Origin: Eubacteriales bacterium
Lineage (GTDB): Bacteria > Bacillota > Clostridia > Oscillospirales > CAG-272
Assembly (NCBI GenBank): GCA_045537235.1
Contig: JAZSPB010000175.1
Location: 2,811-66,810 of the forward strand
Length of the DNA: 64,000 bases
Direction of reading: 5' to 3'
Shown piece after piece: positions 59,608 to 64,000 of the stretch. Position numbers and translations under genes: made by a program. The notes beneath the pieces are model-generated. The model was given only the letters and a program-made list of their open reading frames with translations. It did no database searches and was not told the DNA's origin. The stretch's first letter is position 1. Each line of letters starts with the position of its first letter.

Positions 59608-60259
59608 CGTTGAATATATCAAGCAACAGGGACTTATCGTCATTTTTCGCGGCGTGGATATTACCTTGGTACCCGATCTTGTTCGCGCCATTTATGCGGG
59701 CGGTGCGCGCATTGTGGAAACCACCTTCGACCCCGCCGATCCTGACACCGCCGAAAAAACAGAAGAGGTTATCAAGACGATCTGCAAGACAATGGGCGAT
59801 CAGATGCTTGTAGGTGCAGGCACGGTCATTGACGAGACCTACGCCGTTGCCGCAAAAGAGGCGGGTGCGAGGTTCCTTCTCTCCCCCGACACCAACCCCG
59901 ATATTATCCGTTTGACAAAAAAGCTTGGGCTGATCTCCATCCCCGGTGCGCTGACCCCCACCGAGGCAATGAGCGCATACCGAGCAGGGGCGGATATCGT
60001 CAAGCTGTTCCCCATTACCAAGGACGATCTTGGTTATCTCGTTAACATCACCCGACCGCTGTCGCACATCCCGTTTCTCTGTACGGGCGGTGTGACTCCC
60101 GATACCATCGGTAGCTTTTTCACCGCAGGCGCGTGTGCGGTAGGAACAGGAATTTCCATCCTCAAGCCCGATCTGATCGCAACGCGCGATTTTGAAGGTA
60201 TTGCCGCGCTGACAAAGCTTCACATCGACCGAATGAATGGAGCAAGAACGGGACTGTAA
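59600..60259 (+). CDS. KDPG/KHG-family aldolase
   Basis: VGAGTV, FLLSP, PGALTPTE, VKLFP, TGGV. Confidence 0.9.
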   Translation: MNNVEYIKQQGLIVIFRGVDITLVPDLVRAIYAGGARIVETTFDPADPDTAEKTEEVIKTICKTMGDQMLVGAGTVIDETYAVAAKEAGARFLLSPDTNPDIIRLTKKLGLISIPGALTPTEAMSAYRAGADIVKLFPITKDDLGYLVNITRPLSHIPFLCTGGVTPDTIGSFFTAGACAVGTGISILKPDLIATRDFEGIAALTKLHIDRMNGARTGL

Positions 60260-60342
60260 GATAAAGATCACGTGGCTCGGAAGGCAGGCTTGTTGTTTGA
60301 AACCGATACTCCGAAAATTATCATCACCCTAAAAAGCCGAAT

Positions 60343-60437
60343 TTGAGGCTAAATAAGGCATAAAAGAAGAGCAGACCAAAATCTGCTCTTTTGTGCTATA
60401 AAGCCTTATGTTACTTAGGTTTGTGAGATTTCTTGAA
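60343..60437 (+). repeat. Family D att-like repeat, partial copy D2
   Basis: Near-identical to 44600-44675. Confidence 0.82.
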
Positions 60438-60465
60438 GTATCTGTTAAGCAGACCCTGCAAAGGA

Positions 60466-62064
60466 TCATTGGATGCAGGTGACCTCGTTTGCCGTGGGCG
60501 TGTCGGGGCTGTCGGCGGGGACGGTCAGCACCGAATCGGCAAGGATCAGCGTGTTGTGCGCTACCTTAGCCGTGGTTTGCAAGGTGTAAAGTCCTTTTTG
60601 ATTGGTGTGGCGCACATAATGGGTGGTATCCGACGAGGAGACGTCGATCCGCAAACGCTCGCCTGCACGGACAAGGAAGCAATGCTCGTCAAAGGTAAGG
60701 TCAAGCGTGATGGCCTCGCCCGGGACATAGTGGTCGGTGAAATTGGAGATCTGCGTGATATCGTCGCGAAGACCGTAGGCTCCTTCCGATTTATCAAGGG
60801 CGAGGCGCACGCAAAAGCAGGTGTCCTCGCAGTCGGATCGTACGGTAAGCTTGAGCTTCATTTTGCCTCGAATGAGAGTGTCGCACTCGAACGGAGGGGT
60901 AAAAAAGCTCTTGACATCGTAGCGGCTGTTTGGGGGATCAAAATAGGTTGTGCCGCCGAAGTTTGTGGAAAGCCCATGGCGGAAGGAAGCAGGGGCATAA
61001 GGGTTGTAGGTATAGGTCACCTCGCCCTCGCCCAATGGAAAGTCCATGGTGCTTTCCGGTGTCGTGAAATCATCGGTCTTCCACACGTTTTCAAACAAGG
61101 AATAATAGGTCACCTTACCCTGCGTAAAGGGGAACTCTCGTTTGCCGCGAATGCTATCAAACCATTCGATGGCATGCTTGTTTTTGTAAATGGAGATGTC
61201 GCCATCAGGAAATTCTATCGGCTGCCCCTCGGGGCTTGTACTGTGACCGTAGGGACAGACCAGAAAGGCACTTTTTTGGCGGGTGGCATCATCAAGTCCA
61301 TGCCACATATCAAACATACCGCCCGTGAAAATGTCGTAAAATCCGCCCACCAAAAGGAGAGGGATGTTGGCATTTTTCTCGGCGTGTCTTATCTCAGCAC
61401 CTCCCAGATAGGTGTCCCAGAAGGGGTCGTCACGATCGGGGTGAAGCAGGATCTCATCAAAGACGGGAACTGACTCGCCAAATACGTTTTTGGAGAAGTC
61501 AATCAGCGGCAGTGTGTTGTACGTCTCGGTGACATAGGGCTTTTTCGTCATAGACATACGCTTGTACATGTTGACGAACCAGCCGCCGTGAAGCCCGACC
61601 TTATAGAAACCGTTGCGGTAGTTACCGTTGTAGCGATCATTGTCCATGACGCGGAGCACGGCACCTTTGATATCGGGCGCAAAGGGAGCGGTAGCATAGT
61701 GTACCGCGGCAGCGTAGCTGGTGCCGAACAGAAACATCTCGCCGTTATAAAAGGGCTGTTCACGGATCCACGCTTGAAGGGCAAGACCGTCCTTGCGTTC
61801 ATTAATGTAGGGAATGCAATCCCCCTCGCTTTTTCCGCAACCGCGGCAATGCTGGTAGATTGCGACGTAGCCCGCCTCTAAGAAGTCGGAGTACTCGACC
61901 ATCTTTCCCCGGGCGAGCTCCTCATCGGACTTGCTCGCAGCGGCATCCACATAAGGATTGCGCATGATGATCGTGGGGAATTTTCCCTCCGCGGCGGGTT
62001 TGATCACTATCGTGAACAATGCCACGCCTTCACTTTGGATGCGGTGGATCTGGTAAACAGCCAT
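60466..62064 (-). CDS. CocE/NonD-family serine hydrolase
   Basis: RNPY, CRGCGKSEG, GTSYAA, GGFYD, GERLRIDVSSS. Confidence 0.9.
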   Translation of the reverse strand: MAVYQIHRIQSEGVALFTIVIKPAAEGKFPTIIMRNPYVDAAASKSDEELARGKMVEYSDFLEAGYVAIYQHCRGCGKSEGDCIPYINERKDGLALQAWIREQPFYNGEMFLFGTSYAAAVHYATAPFAPDIKGAVLRVMDNDRYNGNYRNGFYKVGLHGGWFVNMYKRMSMTKKPYVTETYNTLPLIDFSKNVFGESVPVFDEILLHPDRDDPFWDTYLGGAEIRHAEKNANIPLLLVGGFYDIFTGGMFDMWHGLDDATRQKSAFLVCPYGHSTSPEGQPIEFPDGDISIYKNKHAIEWFDSIRGKREFPFTQGKVTYYSLFENVWKTDDFTTPESTMDFPLGEGEVTYTYNPYAPASFRHGLSTNFGGTTYFDPPNSRYDVKSFFTPPFECDTLIRGKMKLKLTVRSDCEDTCFCVRLALDKSEGAYGLRDDITQISNFTDHYVPGEAITLDLTFDEHCFLVRAGERLRIDVSSSDTTHYVRHTNQKGLYTLQTTAKVAHNTLILADSVLTVPADSPDTPTANEVTCIQ

Positions 62065-62290
62065 AATATTCTCCTTCTCAATGAGTTATAAGTTATCTGC
62101 TGGTCAATTATATCACAGCCAACGGCTGTTTTCAAGTGTTTTCAACAATTTTGACTCGCATCTTAAAAACAGTCGACCAATATAGTTTGAGACGGGCATC
62201 AAAAAACTTTGCAACCTTTCTGCAAACAATTCCCTTTCGGTATTTGCGAACACGAAATTTCGCGCTATAATAAAGTTCCGGTTTAGAGAC

Positions 62291-62482
62291 TTCCGGTTTG
62301 GCTTCCATTTCACAGATTCAAGAAGTGGAAAGCTCCACAAAAGTTCCACCATTGGGGCTTAATTCCAATCTGAATGAGCATAAAAAGAGCGACCTTGGGC
62401 GACCCACGATATGGCAGGCACCCTTTTCGATCGCTCTTTTTTCTTTCGTGCTTTTTTATCGACCTTTCATATTACTTGAGGT
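62291..62482 (+). repeat. Family D att-like repeat, diverged copy D3 overlapping the GH28 3' end
   Basis: GTTTGGCTTCC, TGGAAAGCTCCACAAAAGTTCCA, GCATAAAAAGAGCG, TTACTTGAGGT shared with D1. Confidence 0.65.
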
Positions 62483-63655
62483 ATCCATTACGTTTTCCAC
62501 AAAAACCGTTTCGCCCCCCTTGATGTCAAAAACGGGAGCACGGGGATCCGACATTTCATCGGTTACGGCATAAATATCCTTGAAATAAAGGTGCTCAATG
62601 GGACCGTCCTCTCTGCCGTAAACCCGCGAGCTTTCTCTTTGGCTAAGCATAATATTGTTAAAGACAATGCTCCGTATAAAGCAGCGTGCCGTCACCTTTT
62701 CTTCACCAACACAGGAAACGATGTTAAAGGCTCTTCTTGCCCTTATCTGTATATTGGAGCAAATAATATTTTCAATGCTCGTTATTTTCTCGGTGCTTCG
62801 GCTCCATTTACTGTTGATCTCAAAGCCCGCCAGATTGGGCGCCTCAATGTCAAGATTGCTCAACATACAGTTTCGTATCAGTCCCGAGCCGACGCCGATC
62901 CGTATGCCGTTATCGCGATGGGCGTGGATCACACAGTTGGTTACTGTGATCCGTTCGCATACGTTAGCCTTTTTCAACAATCTCTCGCCCGCGGCGCGAA
63001 GGGTGATACCGTCATCACCAACGTCGATCAGACAGTCGCTCACCGAAACACCCGAGCAAGCGTCAATGTCAATGCCGTCATTTGTCCAACGGGGTCTTGC
63101 CCCCTTGATAGTAAGTCCGTGAACCACAACGTCCTCACATCCGTATAAGAGCAGATGCCAACACGGCGAATCCAAAAGCGTTACGCCCGTGATCTTAACG
63201 TTTTTGCACTCGCAAATAAAGAGCATCTGTGCGGGACGAACGTTTTTTTCGTTGACCGCATAATCAATATTTTCGGGATCGGGCCATCCGCGCATGGTCA
63301 TTTTTTCGTTGATCCAAAAGCTGCCCTCCCCCTTGATCGTTCCCTGCCCCTCGATAAAAACGTTTTCCTGCTCGACCGCGACGATCAAATGCTTTCCGTT
63401 TGTAAATTCAGCCTTGCTTTTCCAATTTTGCGGACAGAAATCCCATTCGTTGTAATCATCGGGCTCGTGGCTGGCAAGCAAGACCGCGCCTGCCTCCAAA
63501 TGCAAACCGCCGTTGCTTTTCAGATAGAGAGTGCCCGTTCTGTAAACGCCCCGCGGAACGTATACCATACCGCCATCGTCGATTGCGCGCTGTATCGCCG
63601 CCGTATCAAGCGCGTTACCGTCACCGATCGCACCGTAGTCCTTGATATTTCTCAT
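62456..63655 (-). CDS. GH28-like (polygalacturonase-type) glycoside hydrolase
   Basis: DYGAIGDG...DTAAIQRAID, TNDGIDID, VGDDGITL, beta-helix pattern. Confidence 0.85.
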   Translation of the reverse strand: MRNIKDYGAIGDGNALDTAAIQRAIDDGGMVYVPRGVYRTGTLYLKSNGGLHLEAGAVLLASHEPDDYNEWDFCPQNWKSKAEFTNGKHLIVAVEQENVFIEGQGTIKGEGSFWINEKMTMRGWPDPENIDYAVNEKNVRPAQMLFICECKNVKITGVTLLDSPCWHLLLYGCEDVVVHGLTIKGARPRWTNDGIDIDACSGVSVSDCLIDVGDDGITLRAAGERLLKKANVCERITVTNCVIHAHRDNGIRIGVGSGLIRNCMLSNLDIEAPNLAGFEINSKWSRSTEKITSIENIICSNIQIRARRAFNIVSCVGEEKVTARCFIRSIVFNNIMLSQRESSRVYGREDGPIEHLYFKDIYAVTDEMSDPRAPVFDIKGGETVFVENVMDTSSNMKGR

Positions 63656-63780
63656 AAAATCAACCCCTTTTCTTGACAAATTTTCTATTCCATATTATAA
63701 TAATACCATAATCCGTCTGCGTTTTATATAATAAAACAGCCGATTTATTATAATAATTCTGCTACGAGGAGGTTGATTCA

Positions 63781-64000
63781 ATGCTCGGCGAAGAATATGA
63801 AGAAATACTGGTTTTTGATGAAAAATTCCCCTTTAAGCTCATCGTTTCCCATTCGCCGTCTCCAATGAAGGCGCATTGGCACGATGCCATCGAATTGATG
63901 TATTTTTACGATACCGTCGGTTGCGATTATATGATAAAACAAAACCACTATAAGATCAACAGAAACGAATTGACGGTAGTAAATCCGCTGGAAGTACACG
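63781..64000 (+). CDS. AraC-family regulator, N-terminal cupin part (runs off window end)
   Basis: GAGGAGG RBS; MLGEEYEEIL...AHWHDAIELMY...VVNPLEVH, open to the end. Confidence 0.75.
   Translation, partial: MLGEEYEEILVFDEKFPFKLIVSHSPSPMKAHWHDAIELMYFYDTVGCDYMIKQNHYKINRNELTVVNPLEVH

Noticed and set aside
48956..59691. Long antisense ORFs (48956..50191, 51638..52954, 53874..55169, 58117..59691)
   Set aside because: Shadows of well-supported genes on the opposite strand, with no recognisable motifs.

Overview
A 64-kb gene-dense bacterial region, most likely from a Clostridia-like Firmicute (hprK, sigma-A-type TTGACA/TATAAT promoters, GGAGG RBSs). Left part: three tandem XRE-HTH paralogues that appear to carry a degenerate cytidine-deaminase-like domain, then egsA-like, PrsA-like, hprK, MATE/DMT and GDPD/HAD genes. 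Right part (about 24-64 kb): a mosaic sugar-catabolism region with AraC/DeoR regulators, GH109-, GH28-, GH42-like and DUF6259-like proteins, SIS isomerases, an SDR-dehydratase-aldolase operon and gene remnants. Most notable: (1) a self-contained retron (promoter, msr-msd with a predicted three-way-junction msDNA, 303-aa RT, terminator) with no effector in its transcription unit; (2) a hairpin repeat family whose longest copy encloses a DUF559 nuclease gene and supplies its RBS and stop codon, with two gene-less copies carrying 23-nt spacers; (3) ~175-250 bp palindromes with co-varying arms, one extending into the 3' ends of both flanking genes; (4) two ~1.45-kb transposase-free cassettes bounded by terminal inverted repeats; (5) four co-oriented att-like repeats. 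No rRNA, tRNA or CRISPR array was seen. All product calls come from motif recognition by eye, not database searches.
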